A DNA stretch of 64,000 bases from an uncultured bacterium (GCA_963722385.1 CAVRKK010000002.1:288001-352000), one strand, 5' to 3'; numbered from the stretch's first letter, positions 1-9,939 are shown. Notes: generated by a model not told the origin, from the sequence alone. A program made the numbers and translations.

Positions 1-1
1 T

Positions 2-292
2 AATGGAAATCCCGTTATTCGCCATCCTGGCACTCCCTATCCCCACGGCGAAGATGTCTTTGACGTGCACCTTGGCCCTAACGAGTATTGGGTCATGGGT
101 GACAATCGCCTGGGCAGCTGGGATTCCCGCGGCTGGGGCAAGCTTGATGGTCGGTTGATTCACGGAAAGATTCTTTTTAGGCTATGGTCAATAGATAGTA
201 GCGCCGACTGGTGGATAGTTGACCTCATCAAGCATCCGATTGACTTTTGGAAACGAATGCGCTGGGGTAGATGCTTGCAAACGGTAAAATAA
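2..292 (+). CDS. lepB: Signal peptidase I, 3' part (gene begins before window)
   Basis: Frame open from window start; box E motif YWVMGDNRLGSWDSRGWG. Confidence 0.9.
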   Translation, partial: NGNPVIRHPGTPYPHGEDVFDVHLGPNEYWVMGDNRLGSWDSRGWGKLDGRLIHGKILFRLWSIDSSADWWIVDLIKHPIDFWKRMRWGRCLQTVK

Positions 293-379
293 GAATGGAA
301 GAGTAAAAAAACTTGCAGATGTATGTATTTATGATAAATTAGTCACACATAGTGCAACGATTATATGGAGATATCACTG

Positions 380-901
380 ATGGGTTACGCTCTATACACC
401 TTTAGACTTGGCGTGCTGGCATGTTGTGTTTTTTTAGCGGGCTGCTGGAGCAAAGAATCAGAAATACCAGTTTCGCTAACAGGCAAAAAATTAGCCGTGG
501 TCAATGTTTTGGGTGAGAAAGAACATCAAGACGCCCATATAAAAGGCTCTATCAACGTTCCTTTGACTCAGCTTAACGAGATTGCTCAAAGCTGGCCTAA
601 GAATATTCGGCTTGTAGTATATTGTGCTAACTATCAATGTACGGCAAGCAGTCTAGCAGCACGCCAGCTTGCCAAAATGGGCTTTAGTGACGTTGTTGCA
701 TATGAGGGAGGTACTGCTGAATGGTATAGCAAAAAGTATCCGCTTGAAGGTCCGTCAAAGGAAAGCTATTTGACAAAGCCAGGCCAAGCCCATTCACCAG
801 CAGCTGATATAAAGGTTATTGATGCCGAGGCGCTTAAGTGGGAAATAGAAAAAGCCGATAAAGCGGGGCTGCTTATTAAAAGTAAAAATATGGCGGCATA
901 G
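380..901 (+). CDS. Rhodanese-like domain lipoprotein
   Basis: Lipobox LAGC; HIKGSINVP and VVYCA...YEGG..EW rhodanese motifs; GGAG upstream of ATG 380 (ORF track starts at 365). Confidence 0.8.
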   Translation: MGYALYTFRLGVLACCVFLAGCWSKESEIPVSLTGKKLAVVNVLGEKEHQDAHIKGSINVPLTQLNEIAQSWPKNIRLVVYCANYQCTASSLAARQLAKMGFSDVVAYEGGTAEWYSKKYPLEGPSKESYLTKPGQAHSPAADIKVIDAEALKWEIEKADKAGLLIKSKNMAA

Positions 902-965
902 CCAAGTGGTAAGGCAAGGGTCTGCAAAACCCTGATCCCCGGTTCAAATCCGGGTGCCGCCTCCA
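892..965 (+). tRNA. tRNA-Cys(GCA)
   Basis: Acceptor GGCGGCA/TGCCGCC, anticodon GCA at 924-926, GGTTCAAATCC T-arm, encoded CCA. Confidence 0.97.
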
Positions 966-970
966 AATAC

Positions 971-1055
971 GCCGAGGTGGCGGAAGTGGTAGACGCAAAG
1001 GACTTAAAATCCTTCGGGTAACTCCGTATCGGTTCGAGTCCGATCCTCGGCACCA
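971..1055 (+). tRNA. tRNA-Leu(TAA)
   Basis: Acceptor GCCGAGG/CCTCGGC, anticodon TAA at 1005-1007, long variable arm, GGTTCGAGTCC, encoded CCA. Confidence 0.97.
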
Positions 1056-1105
1056 AGACGCGACAACAATTATTTAAGAACGTGTTAACCAATTTGAGGG
1101 TTTTT

Positions 1106-1381
1106 ATGAACAAAGCAAAACTGATCGAACAGATGTCCAAGCTATCAAAGCTTCCTAAAGCAACATGCAAAAGAGCAGTAGAATCTTTTATCAAAACGGT
1201 AGGACAAACGCTTAAAACCGGCAAATCGGTTGTTCTAACAGGCTTTGGTACTTTTACTGTAGCTAAAAGAAAAAGCAGAATGGGCATTAACCCTGCCTCA
1301 GGTGCCCGTATGCAAATTCCTGCTAAGAAAGTTGCCAAGTTCAAACCGGGCAAAGCCTTGCGCGATATGGTATCTATCTAA
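1106..1381 (+). CDS. hup: HU family DNA-binding protein
   Basis: MNKAKLIE...LTGFGTF...R.GINP..G....IPA.KV.KFKPGK.L; GAGG upstream of ATG 1106. Confidence 0.95.
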   Translation: MNKAKLIEQMSKLSKLPKATCKRAVESFIKTVGQTLKTGKSVVLTGFGTFTVAKRKSRMGINPASGARMQIPAKKVAKFKPGKALRDMVSI

Positions 1382-1411
1382 AGGTTATCAAAGGCCCGCT
1401 CAATACGAAAA

Positions 1412-1446
1412 AGACGCTTAGGCAGCTAATCTAAGCGTCTTTTTTT
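1412..1446 (+). terminator. Intrinsic terminator after hup
   Basis: AGACGCTTAG/CTAAGCGTCT 10-bp stem followed by T run. Confidence 0.85.
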
Positions 1447-1479
1447 CTAAAAGCATAGGTAAATAAAGGAGTCATCGCT

Positions 1480-1833
1480 ATGGCAGCACTTAACTGGTAT
1501 GGAGCACTTCAAGCAAAGCTTGCGGGTTACCCGCCCTATATAGCAGATATAGTAATATTTGCTCCTCTGGGGCTCATTAGCGGCTTTCTTTTAAGAAGTT
1601 TGGGTCGTTATCTAGTGGTTGGCCTCTTAATTGGCGTTGGCTTCGTCTGGCTTGCTGATTATTTTCACCTTATTACCTTACATCAGGCAGCGATACAGAA
1701 CTTTTTCGGCTTGCCGGCCTTTTGCTCTTTTAATGATTTTAGCAAAGAAATAACTGCCTGGGCACATGAGCATATCGCCGCCTGTGTTACCTTTTTTATA
1801 AGCTTTTTTATTGGATGGAAAGTAGGCCGCTAG
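1480..1833 (+). CDS. Small membrane protein, FUN14-like
   Basis: AAGGAG RBS; about three hydrophobic helices; GLISGFLLRSLGRYLVVGLLIG..F...ADYFHLITL resembles FUN14 pattern. Confidence 0.55.
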   Translation: MAALNWYGALQAKLAGYPPYIADIVIFAPLGLISGFLLRSLGRYLVVGLLIGVGFVWLADYFHLITLHQAAIQNFFGLPAFCSFNDFSKEITAWAHEHIAACVTFFISFFIGWKVGR

Positions 1834-1840
1834 TTCTTTC

Positions 1841-2989
1841 ATGTCAACTGTTGCTATTGTCGATTCGTTCCTAAGTCAAGCAGTTAAACAAGGCGCATCC
1901 GATATTCACGTAGAGTCTATCCCTGAAGGGCTTCGTGTTCGCTTACGCATTGATGGGCTATTAGAAGACTTTCAGCATGTCTCCCTTGATAGTGCTTTGC
2001 CCGTTATAGCCCGTATCAAAGTTTTGGCGCGTCTCGATGTCGCTGAGAAACGCATTCCCCAGGACGGCAAGCTTTCTTGCCTTGCTGCCGGTGTGAACCT
2101 TGATGTGCGCGTAGCCACGTTTCCTGGCTTATATGGGGAAAAAGTGGTCTTGCGCTTATTAGAGCGCTCCTCCAAACATAAAAGCCTGAGCGAAATCGGG
2201 CTTTCCCCAAAACTACACGCAGAGCTTTTACTGCTCATTCAGCGTACGCATGGCTTTTTCTTGGTCACCGGGCCTACAGGCGCTGGCAAGACGACATCGT
2301 TATATGCCGCCTTACATGCCATCCAGTCTCATCAAAAAAACGTTGTCACCCTAGAAGACCCGATAGAATATACTATCCAAGGCATAACTCAGGGTCAGAT
2401 TCAGCCTGAGATTGGCTTTACGTTTGCTCGTGGTATTCGGGCGCTTTTGCGCCAGGACCCCGATATTATTATGGTAGGGGAGGTAAGAGACCGAGAAACG
2501 GCTGAGACTGCTATTCAGGCAGCATTGACGGGGCATGTTGTGTTAAGCACGTTGCATACCAATGATGCTCCTGGCGCACTTATGCGCTTGCTTGATATGG
2601 GTATCCCTGCTTTTTTAATCAACGCAACGCTGACTGGGGTTCTCGCTCAGCGGTTGGTACGCATACTGTGTCCGTCTTGTCGTTACGAAGAAAGGCCAAC
2701 GGGCGCCGACCTCGATTTTTTGAACTATGTCGGCATTACGCTCCAGCGAGCGTATAAAGCAGGTGGCTGCTCGCTTTGCCAAGGCCGCGGCTATAAAGGG
2801 CGCACGGGTATCTTCGAACTCCTCGTTATCTCTTCTCGCTTACGGGAGCTTGTGAGCGAGCAGGCTTCTTATGATATTATTTACCAACACGCCATGCTTG
2901 ATGGTATGATCTCGCTTAAGCAGGATGCTGCTACCAAGATTGAGCTTGGTATTACATCTATTGCCGAATTGGCACGTGTTGTTTGCTAA
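1841..2989 (+). CDS. GspE/PulE/PilB family secretion ATPase (short form without long N-terminal domain)
   Basis: ASDIHVE, PQDGK, Walker A GPTGAGKTT, TLEDPIE, LRQDPDIIMVGEVRD, TGH.V.STLHTN, CxxC/CxxC zinc motif. Confidence 0.95.
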   Translation: MSTVAIVDSFLSQAVKQGASDIHVESIPEGLRVRLRIDGLLEDFQHVSLDSALPVIARIKVLARLDVAEKRIPQDGKLSCLAAGVNLDVRVATFPGLYGEKVVLRLLERSSKHKSLSEIGLSPKLHAELLLLIQRTHGFFLVTGPTGAGKTTSLYAALHAIQSHQKNVVTLEDPIEYTIQGITQGQIQPEIGFTFARGIRALLRQDPDIIMVGEVRDRETAETAIQAALTGHVVLSTLHTNDAPGALMRLLDMGIPAFLINATLTGVLAQRLVRILCPSCRYEERPTGADLDFLNYVGITLQRAYKAGGCSLCQGRGYKGRTGIFELLVISSRLRELVSEQASYDIIYQHAMLDGMISLKQDAATKIELGITSIAELARVVC

Positions 2990-3032
2990 ATGGCACACCT
3001 AACCTGATAGTAAGGCTACAAGGAGCTTGTTC

Positions 3033-4238
3033 ATGGAAACCTATCGCAATGATTTTCCTTTTTTTGGAGCGCACCCTTCTCTGGCCTATTTGGACAGCGC
3101 CACGACTTCACAAAAGCCATTTTCCGTCATTCGAGCGATGAACGACTTTTATGCCTATGAAAACGCCTCACTCTATCGGGGTATGTACGGCCTTGCAGAA
3201 AAAGCTACGCAGCGATATGAGGATATACGAACTCACTGCGCCCAATTTATTGGTGCCCAACCTCAGGAAATTCTTTTTACCAAAGGAGCAACGGAAAGCA
3301 TCAATTTGGTTGCTCACGCATGGGGAATCGGGCATATTGGGGTTGGCGATGAGATCGTGATTTCTGAGATTGAGCACCATGCTAATATTTTGCCCTGGCA
3401 GCAGCTTGCGCGTACTCGCAGTGCGCACCTACGTTGGCTGGCCTATGACCCGATCGGATTGCTGGCCCTTGATAAGCTTGACGATGTCATTACGGCGCGT
3501 ACGCGCCTCGTTGCCGTGAGCGCCTACTCAAATGTGGTAGGAGGCTTTCCGCAGGGATATCAGGAAGCGCTTTCCCGAATCATTGAGCGCGCGCACGCGG
3601 TTGGTTCGCGTGTTATGGTCGATGCTGCCCAGCTGATGCCACATAAGCACGTTGATGTAGCAAAGCTTGGTTGTGACTTCATGGTATTTTCGGGGCATAA
3701 GATGCTTGGACCGCAGGGGGTTGGGGTGCTCTATAGTAAGCGCGAGCTCCATAATGAGCTTGAGCCCTATCAGCTCGGTGGGGGCATGGTTGCTGATGTG
3801 GGCTATGAGCAGGCGCGCTGGCGACCGTTTCCCTATCTTTTTGAAGCTGGGACACAAGCAGTCGCTCAAGTAATCGGGTTTGGTGCTGCCCTTGCTTATC
3901 TTCGCGATCGCGTCGATTTTGATAAGCTTTATGAGCACGAAGCAGCATTGTGTCAGCATCTGCTTGATGGGCTGGCCAGTATTCCTCGGGTACATCTTTT
4001 GCGCCCTCGCTACCCAGGGCAGGCAGACCATCTCGTGAGCTTTATTGTCGAGGGCATGCATCCCCATGATGTAGCAGCTTATTTAGATGCTCATAATATT
4101 TACGTACGCGCAGGCAACCAGTGCGCTCAGGTCTTGCACAAGCGGCTTGGCTTGGCTGGCTCGGTTCGCGCTAGCTTTTATCTCTATACGACGCATCAGG
4201 AAATTGATAAAGTACTTCAAGCACTTGCTGCTTTATAA
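3033..4238 (+). CDS. sufS: Cysteine desulfurase, SufS family
   Basis: YLDSATTSQKP, EHHANILPW, FSGHKMLGP (PLP lysine), FEAGT, VRAGNQCA catalytic Cys loop. Confidence 0.93.
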   Translation: METYRNDFPFFGAHPSLAYLDSATTSQKPFSVIRAMNDFYAYENASLYRGMYGLAEKATQRYEDIRTHCAQFIGAQPQEILFTKGATESINLVAHAWGIGHIGVGDEIVISEIEHHANILPWQQLARTRSAHLRWLAYDPIGLLALDKLDDVITARTRLVAVSAYSNVVGGFPQGYQEALSRIIERAHAVGSRVMVDAAQLMPHKHVDVAKLGCDFMVFSGHKMLGPQGVGVLYSKRELHNELEPYQLGGGMVADVGYEQARWRPFPYLFEAGTQAVAQVIGFGAALAYLRDRVDFDKLYEHEAALCQHLLDGLASIPRVHLLRPRYPGQADHLVSFIVEGMHPHDVAAYLDAHNIYVRAGNQCAQVLHKRLGLAGSVRASFYLYTTHQEIDKVLQALAAL

Positions 4239-4252
4239 TTCACAAGGGGCAT

Positions 4253-5023
4253 ATGGAGCAACCGAAACATGAGCAGTCGTATTATAGGCTTATGGCTGAG
4301 TTTTATGATCAGCTATTTGAGCTTGACGATGAAGAATACCAGTTTTACCGCTATTTTATGCATGAGCTGCCTGGTCATGCGCTTGAATTGGCTTGTGGCA
4401 CTGGCCAATTTTTACTCGGCTATCTTGATGAAGAACTTGTTGTCGATGGCCTTGATTCTTCGTCCATCATGCTAGCGCGAGCCGAGCGCAAGGCACAGAA
4501 GAGCAATTTAGCTCCCCGACTTTATCAAAGTACGATGCAAGACTTTACGATCAATCAGCGTTATACAACACTTTATATTCCTTCATGCTCTTTTATGCTT
4601 TTGACCGAACGTGCTCAAGCGCATCAAGCGCTTCGTCGTTTCTACGAGCACCTTATTCCTGGAGGGCAACTTTTAGTATCGCTCTTTAACCCATGGCATG
4701 AACGAGATCAGAGCAGCAGAGCCAAATTACGGCGTGATTTTTTTCATAACGCGCATCGTATACTGTTCTATGAAACCTTTCGGTATAAGCCCATTGAACA
4801 GTTAAGACAGGGCTTTTATCGCTTCGAGACCTATCAAGAATCAGGAATGCAGCTGGCCGTTGAGCTCTACGAATTTTGGTGGCGCTGGTATGGGCGTTAC
4901 GAGTTTGAGATGATGCTCGCGCAGGCAGGATTTTCCGATATTACCATTTATAGCGATTATACGTTGCAGCAAGTAAGCACTGATACTGACTCTCCAGTTC
5001 TCATTTTTCGCGCTCGCAAGTAA
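4253..5023 (+). CDS. Class I SAM-dependent methyltransferase
   Basis: ALELACGTG motif I, GLDSSSIML, HLIPGGQLLV. Confidence 0.9.
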   Translation: MEQPKHEQSYYRLMAEFYDQLFELDDEEYQFYRYFMHELPGHALELACGTGQFLLGYLDEELVVDGLDSSSIMLARAERKAQKSNLAPRLYQSTMQDFTINQRYTTLYIPSCSFMLLTERAQAHQALRRFYEHLIPGGQLLVSLFNPWHERDQSSRAKLRRDFFHNAHRILFYETFRYKPIEQLRQGFYRFETYQESGMQLAVELYEFWWRWYGRYEFEMMLAQAGFSDITIYSDYTLQQVSTDTDSPVLIFRARK

Positions 5024-5090
5024 GCTAAAAATGGCTGAATTTTTAAGCATGCTTCTTAATGTTCTCTTTTATACTCGCTAACTAATCTTA

Positions 5091-5175
5091 TGACTCATGA
5101 GTCAATTACTGAGTCAAATGAGTCGCATTTTTAAATCTTATTGACTCATTTGACTCAGTTTTGGTAGAGTATAAT
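5091..5175 (+). promoter_or_regulatory. Operator array overlapping a probable promoter of the Schlafen-HATPase-wHTH gene
   Basis: Palindrome TGACTCATGAGTCA (5091-5104); perfect 17-bp inverted repeat ACTGAGTCAAATGAGTC (5108-5124)/GACTCATTTGACTCAGT (5143-5159); TTGACT hexamers and TAGAGT/TATAAT just downstream. Confidence 0.7.
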
Positions 5176-5201
5176 GGAAGCCCTAAATAAGAGGAGCCAT
5201 T

Positions 5202-6563
5202 ATGAAATATGCAACACAGGAATCATCGACTGTAGAGCTTAAACGAGAACTTCCCAAAAATGACCAAATTATTAAGACCATTATTGGGTTTTGCAACCAA
5301 AATGGAGGAAAGCTTGTAATTGGTGTTGCTGATAACGGAACTATCATCGGATTGCCGGAGGAAGAGGTCCAGCGAGCTATGGAATATCTTGATAAGGCAA
5401 CTTACGAGGCTTCGCATCCTTCGATTATTCCGCTGGTATACGCTCAAACAATAGGAGGTAAGACATTGCTTATTGTTGAAGTATGCGCTGGTATGAACAA
5501 ACCATATTTCCTTAAGTCTGAAGGGCCAGAAAAAGGGACGTACATACGCCTAGGTCGGAGTACGTTGCGCGCCAGCGCCGATATGATAGAAGAGCTTAAG
5601 TGGCAATCGCGGGGCAGGTCCTTTGATATGATGCCTGTCTATCAGGCAACTCTCGAAGATTTGGCTTCTGAAAAAATAAAAGAATTTTTAGGTAGGCGGC
5701 AGAAAACTGGCGGGGCGGTCACGGCAATTAAAGATGCTCTTTATGCATATCACCTTGTTGTTGATGAGCATACACGCAGTTATCCCACCGTAGCAGCACT
5801 GTTGGTATTTGGCAAGGATCCTCAGCATTTTTTTAACCAGGCATTTATTATATGTACCCAATTTGCCGGTATTTCTGGTCGCGAAGCACGAGCTACCCGA
5901 GACTGTATGGGTACGCTGGTCAACCAGTTTTATGAAGCATATGATTTTATCGTAAGTAAGCTTAACCGTTCATTTGTGATTAAGGGGCCACAAAGGACAG
6001 AAGAGCTTGAAATACCCGTGACTGCCCTGCGAGAAATTTTGGTCAATGCACTTGTTCACCGCAATTATCATATTCAAGCGCCCATAAAGATAGCCATTTT
6101 TGATAATAGAATTGAGATATTTAGTCCTGGCAGCTTCCCTGGGCCTTTAAACACCAAAAATTTACTTTGTGGTCTTACGTATATCCGTAATCTTGCTATC
6201 GCTAAGCTCTTTCGGCATTTTGGATTTATTGAGACCTTAGGTACAGGGTTTTTAACACTCTTTGAAACCTACAGCGAGCGCGGATTGGCAACACCAGAGG
6301 TCATCGAAGGTGAAAATTATGTCAAATGTATCCTGCCCAGAAAATCCCATGAAGCAAAAGGATCTCTTAGGTTTCCGGAAGATGATCAGCAACGTATCAT
6401 GCGCTTATTCGAAACTTCACCAGAAATTGCAATATCAGATTTAATTGAACGCCTTCATATGAGCCGCCCAACAGCAGGAAGAAGATTAGCGATGCTGGTT
6501 CATCAAAAAGTAATCAAAAAAATTGGCAGCGGCAAAGCGGCGCGGTATATAAAATATAAGTGA
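5202..6563 (+). CDS. Schlafen/AlbA_2 domain + HATPase_c_4 (RecG C-terminal-like) + winged-HTH protein
   Basis: ESSTVELK...IIGFCNQNGGKLVIGVADNG (AlbA_2); ALREILVNALVHRNY...IFDNRIEIFSPG, RN..IA, ETLGTG (HATPase_c_4); C-terminal wHTH ending GSGKAARY. Confidence 0.9.
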   Translation: MKYATQESSTVELKRELPKNDQIIKTIIGFCNQNGGKLVIGVADNGTIIGLPEEEVQRAMEYLDKATYEASHPSIIPLVYAQTIGGKTLLIVEVCAGMNKPYFLKSEGPEKGTYIRLGRSTLRASADMIEELKWQSRGRSFDMMPVYQATLEDLASEKIKEFLGRRQKTGGAVTAIKDALYAYHLVVDEHTRSYPTVAALLVFGKDPQHFFNQAFIICTQFAGISGREARATRDCMGTLVNQFYEAYDFIVSKLNRSFVIKGPQRTEELEIPVTALREILVNALVHRNYHIQAPIKIAIFDNRIEIFSPGSFPGPLNTKNLLCGLTYIRNLAIAKLFRHFGFIETLGTGFLTLFETYSERGLATPEVIEGENYVKCILPRKSHEAKGSLRFPEDDQQRIMRLFETSPEIAISDLIERLHMSRPTAGRRLAMLVHQKVIKKIGSGKAARYIKYK

Positions 6564-6718
6564 ATGCTAAATGTTAGCTCATCAAGAGCAAAAGCCCTTG
6601 ATGCAAAAAAAGCTGTGCCATCTTGCTTTTTTAATAGCCCTCTCTCTTTTTGTTGTGCAACCGATCTAGCAGTTACTATCTTAACCCTGTGCAACAACTT
6701 AATTCAAGGGAGCTACCG

Positions 6719-8212
6719 ATGAAAAGCACGGTACGGTTCTTGCTTTTTATCAGCATATTTTCTACGACAGCAGCTAACGGCCCTCACTGCCGGTGCCCAT
6801 TCAAAGCGACGTGCACCAACAACCCCTTCCGTAAAATATACCCCAATCAAAACATGTGTTTACTCCTCGATGAGATACCTAAAGCGATCAAGCAATTGCC
6901 CTACGTAACGCTTCCAAACTGCCAATCCTACAATGTTGCTCGCTTTAACTATAACAAGCGATTTGATATATTTCCTCATGCAATTATAGTACCGCGGACA
7001 GCTCATGAAGTCGCACACGCGCTTGCCTTGTTGCGTCATCATAAGCTCCATTTTTCCCTTCGTAGCTGCGGCCATTGTTATGGGCCTGGCTCATTGTCAT
7101 CAGATTACGTTATAGATCTCCGCCATTTTAATGAGATTAAGCCAAACCTTAAAAATGACACGGTATATATTGGCGTGGCAACTCACTTGAGCGAGGTCAT
7201 CGAAACACTTGGCAAGCTTGATTATGCTCTGCCAACGGGTACTTGCCCTTCCGTCGGTGCGGGCGGATTAGCGCTTGGCGGCGGCATCGGCATACTCGGG
7301 CGCCAGTTTGGTTTGACGTGTGATTCAATAAAAAGCATTACCTTTGTTAATGCGAAATCTGAAATTATTGAGGTTGATAAGCAACATTATCCCGATTTAT
7401 TTTTTGGACTCCGCGGGGCAGGTAATGGCTCTTACGGTATTGTTCTTGGCATAACATTCACCATGCATTATATACCCCGCGTCACTTTTCTCGAGCTTGC
7501 CTGGGATTGGGATCCCGCCGTAATCCCGAGCATTATAGAGGCGTGGCAGTCCTGGATTACTACCTTGAAAGATACTATTTCAACAGAGATACACATTCGC
7601 TTTGTTGATGGCAAAGCGCAATTTTCAATTGTCGGGTTAAAGCTGGGTACCAAGCCATTCACTGAATGGGAGAAAACATTCAAACATTTTAAACCACACG
7701 TCACCATCAAGAACGAGCGTTACCTTAAAGCCGCACGAAAGTTAGCCGGAAGTTATACCGAGCCTTTTTCAAAGGCGAAGTCAAAGTTTTTAATGGAGCC
7801 ATTACCTGCTCAAGGAATTGCCGTTATTGTTGATTACATCGACCAATTGATCCATAAACAAGAAGATTTCCTTGTCTATTTTGAGCTGGGAGCTGCGCGC
7901 GGTAAATTTACCAAAGGAAATACTGCATATTTCCCCCGACACGCACTTATGTGGTTCTTCCAATTTATCTATTGGAACTTTCAGCATCAAAGCAGCAAAG
8001 CCCTTAATTCCATCAATGAATTTTACGAAAACATTTCGCCTTTTTGCTCGCGATATTCCTACGCAAATCTCGTAGACTACGACCTGGACAAGCATTACTT
8101 ACGTGATTACTATGGCAACAAAGTTAAGAAACTCATTCGTATTAAAGATAAGTATGACCCAAAAAATATTTTTCACTGGAAACAAAGCATTCCGACAAGC
8201 TTTTCTCGATAG
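6719..8212 (+). CDS. Secreted FAD-binding oxidoreductase, berberine-bridge-enzyme-like
   Basis: Signal peptide; RSCGHCY and GTCPSVG (His/Cys flavinylation sites); DLFFGLRGAGNGSYGIV; BBE tail YANLVD...YYG.....L..IK.KYDP.NIF...QSIP. Confidence 0.9.
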   Translation: MKSTVRFLLFISIFSTTAANGPHCRCPFKATCTNNPFRKIYPNQNMCLLLDEIPKAIKQLPYVTLPNCQSYNVARFNYNKRFDIFPHAIIVPRTAHEVAHALALLRHHKLHFSLRSCGHCYGPGSLSSDYVIDLRHFNEIKPNLKNDTVYIGVATHLSEVIETLGKLDYALPTGTCPSVGAGGLALGGGIGILGRQFGLTCDSIKSITFVNAKSEIIEVDKQHYPDLFFGLRGAGNGSYGIVLGITFTMHYIPRVTFLELAWDWDPAVIPSIIEAWQSWITTLKDTISTEIHIRFVDGKAQFSIVGLKLGTKPFTEWEKTFKHFKPHVTIKNERYLKAARKLAGSYTEPFSKAKSKFLMEPLPAQGIAVIVDYIDQLIHKQEDFLVYFELGAARGKFTKGNTAYFPRHALMWFFQFIYWNFQHQSSKALNSINEFYENISPFCSRYSYANLVDYDLDKHYLRDYYGNKVKKLIRIKDKYDPKNIFHWKQSIPTSFSR

Positions 8213-8322
8213 TAGGCAACTTTCCGGGAAGGGGTTCAGTATTTAGCAAAAATTACCGTATTAATAATTGCGTCTCGGCACCTATTTTGTTTTGAAGTAT
8301 ACTAAGAAAAATAAACAAGCAC

Positions 8323-8712
8323 ATGGTAGAGCATATGGATAAGAAATTTTCTTTATATAGTGAGCTTTTGATGGACCATTATCGCTCACCTCGATTCTCT
8401 GGAACGCTTGAAAACCCAGACTTTTCCATTGAGCTCAAAAATGAGTCGTGTGGCGATGCTCTTTGCTTAACGGGCATTATTCGTGACCATAAACTTGTTA
8501 CGGCACGGTACGTAGGTGTCGGCTGCATCCTGAGTCAAGCATTCGCATCGTTACTTTTACAGGAAGCCCATGACAAGCCGTTAAGTGCTTTACAAGCATT
8601 AACGGGTCAGGACCTTTGTCGATGGGCGGGCATAGAGGTTGGCCCCAATCGCTTGCAGTGTGTCACTTTGGCGTTAACGGCGCTCCATGAGGCTTTAAAA
8701 AAATATGCTTGA
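8323..8712 (+). CDS. sufU: Fe-S cluster scaffold / sulfur transfer protein, SufU/IscU family
   Basis: LY.ELLMDHY..PR..G, N.SCGD, GCILSQA, RLQC. Confidence 0.88.
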   Translation: MVEHMDKKFSLYSELLMDHYRSPRFSGTLENPDFSIELKNESCGDALCLTGIIRDHKLVTARYVGVGCILSQAFASLLLQEAHDKPLSALQALTGQDLCRWAGIEVGPNRLQCVTLALTALHEALKKYA

Positions 8713-9805
8713 CCGAACAAAAATAATAAAAGAGCTGGCTCATCGCTCTGGCGATTTATCTGATGCGCTCAAGAATGAATGTGATTATGCGCTTAATCTT
8801 TGGAACAAGATTGCTCGCGATGAGCAATTTTACGACAGGCTTTGCTCTTTACCCCTACGCTTTCCCGTTCCCTCTTGGCGAGGACTTTTGGGCGATCAGA
8901 TCGCCATAACTCCTCGTCCCTTTTATGACGTTTTAGCGGTCGATGGTTCGCAAATCTATCCAGACCGGCACCAAGGCACATCTTGCTTTTTGATTAATAT
9001 TGGCATCGTGCAACTGAGCTACGGCCAACAGGACAGCAGCGCTCTCTTTGACACCGTGCCCTTCGTAGCGCTTGAGGGCGATAGAGAAATTTTTGAATAT
9101 ACACCCGAGATCGTTAACGCACAACGTACCGAGCGCGAACTTCAAGCAGGGCGCGATCTAATGAGAAAAGCGTGTAATACAAACAATGCGCGCGCCTTTC
9201 TTTTTGATGGCTCGCTTATTTTTTGGTACGTACCTAATCAGAACGAACCAACTCACCAAAATGCCTTTTTTACTCGATACCTTATACTGCTCGAAGACTT
9301 CTTTGAACAAGAACATTTGCTGGCTGGATATATCAGCCTTCCTAAAAGCAGGGACCTCATTAATATACTGCGGGCAGCAGCACAGGATGAGGGGAACAGC
9401 TGTACTTTTGGCTATATTAACGATAGTACTATTGCCGACCTCTACCTCGAAACCGGAACTCGCTCGCTTGTTTTTCAGAGCACTGCTCCCCTTGCTGAAC
9501 ATTATCCCGAGCACAGCAAGCCCTACTTTTTTTATATCAATACCGGTTACGAAATAGCGCGCGTAGAAATCCCCGCATGGATAGCGCTTAACGCTGAGCG
9601 CTTAAAGAGCATCACTGAAATCGTCTTTGATCAAATCATTAAAGGGAATGGGTATCCCATTTCCCTTGCTGAAGCACATGAGCAAGCAGTTATCACTCAT
9701 GCTGACAGAGATTTTTTTTACCATCTTTTACATACAATGTCTCTATCTTCAAATAGTCTTGCTAACTCGCAAAAGAGTATTAAAAAGCGACGCATGAGTG
9801 TGTAG
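8705..9805 (+). CDS. nurA: NurA family nuclease
   Basis: AVDGSQ, FDGSL, ARVEIP.W, GYPISLAEAHEQAVI. Confidence 0.88.
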   Translation: MLDRTKIIKELAHRSGDLSDALKNECDYALNLWNKIARDEQFYDRLCSLPLRFPVPSWRGLLGDQIAITPRPFYDVLAVDGSQIYPDRHQGTSCFLINIGIVQLSYGQQDSSALFDTVPFVALEGDREIFEYTPEIVNAQRTERELQAGRDLMRKACNTNNARAFLFDGSLIFWYVPNQNEPTHQNAFFTRYLILLEDFFEQEHLLAGYISLPKSRDLINILRAAAQDEGNSCTFGYINDSTIADLYLETGTRSLVFQSTAPLAEHYPEHSKPYFFYINTGYEIARVEIPAWIALNAERLKSITEIVFDQIIKGNGYPISLAEAHEQAVITHADRDFFYHLLHTMSLSSNSLANSQKSIKKRRMSV

Positions 9806-9939
9806 AATGTGATAGGTGATAGGGCTGCCTAGGAGCATATTGAAAATTACAAATTGCCAAACAATGTTTACAAAAAAAGCGTTTTTTGCTATAATAATAC
9901 CATGTTTTGTTTTTAAATAAGAATTAAAACGGTGTAATC

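Noticed and set aside
766..1353. 195-aa minus-strand ORF
   Set aside because: Antisense to two tRNAs and hup; translation is typical tRNA shadow sequence
1841..2989. GspE/PilB ATPase as the exporter of the island toxins
   Set aside because: No other T2SS/T4P genes nearby and 23 kb from the island; no sequence evidence for a link
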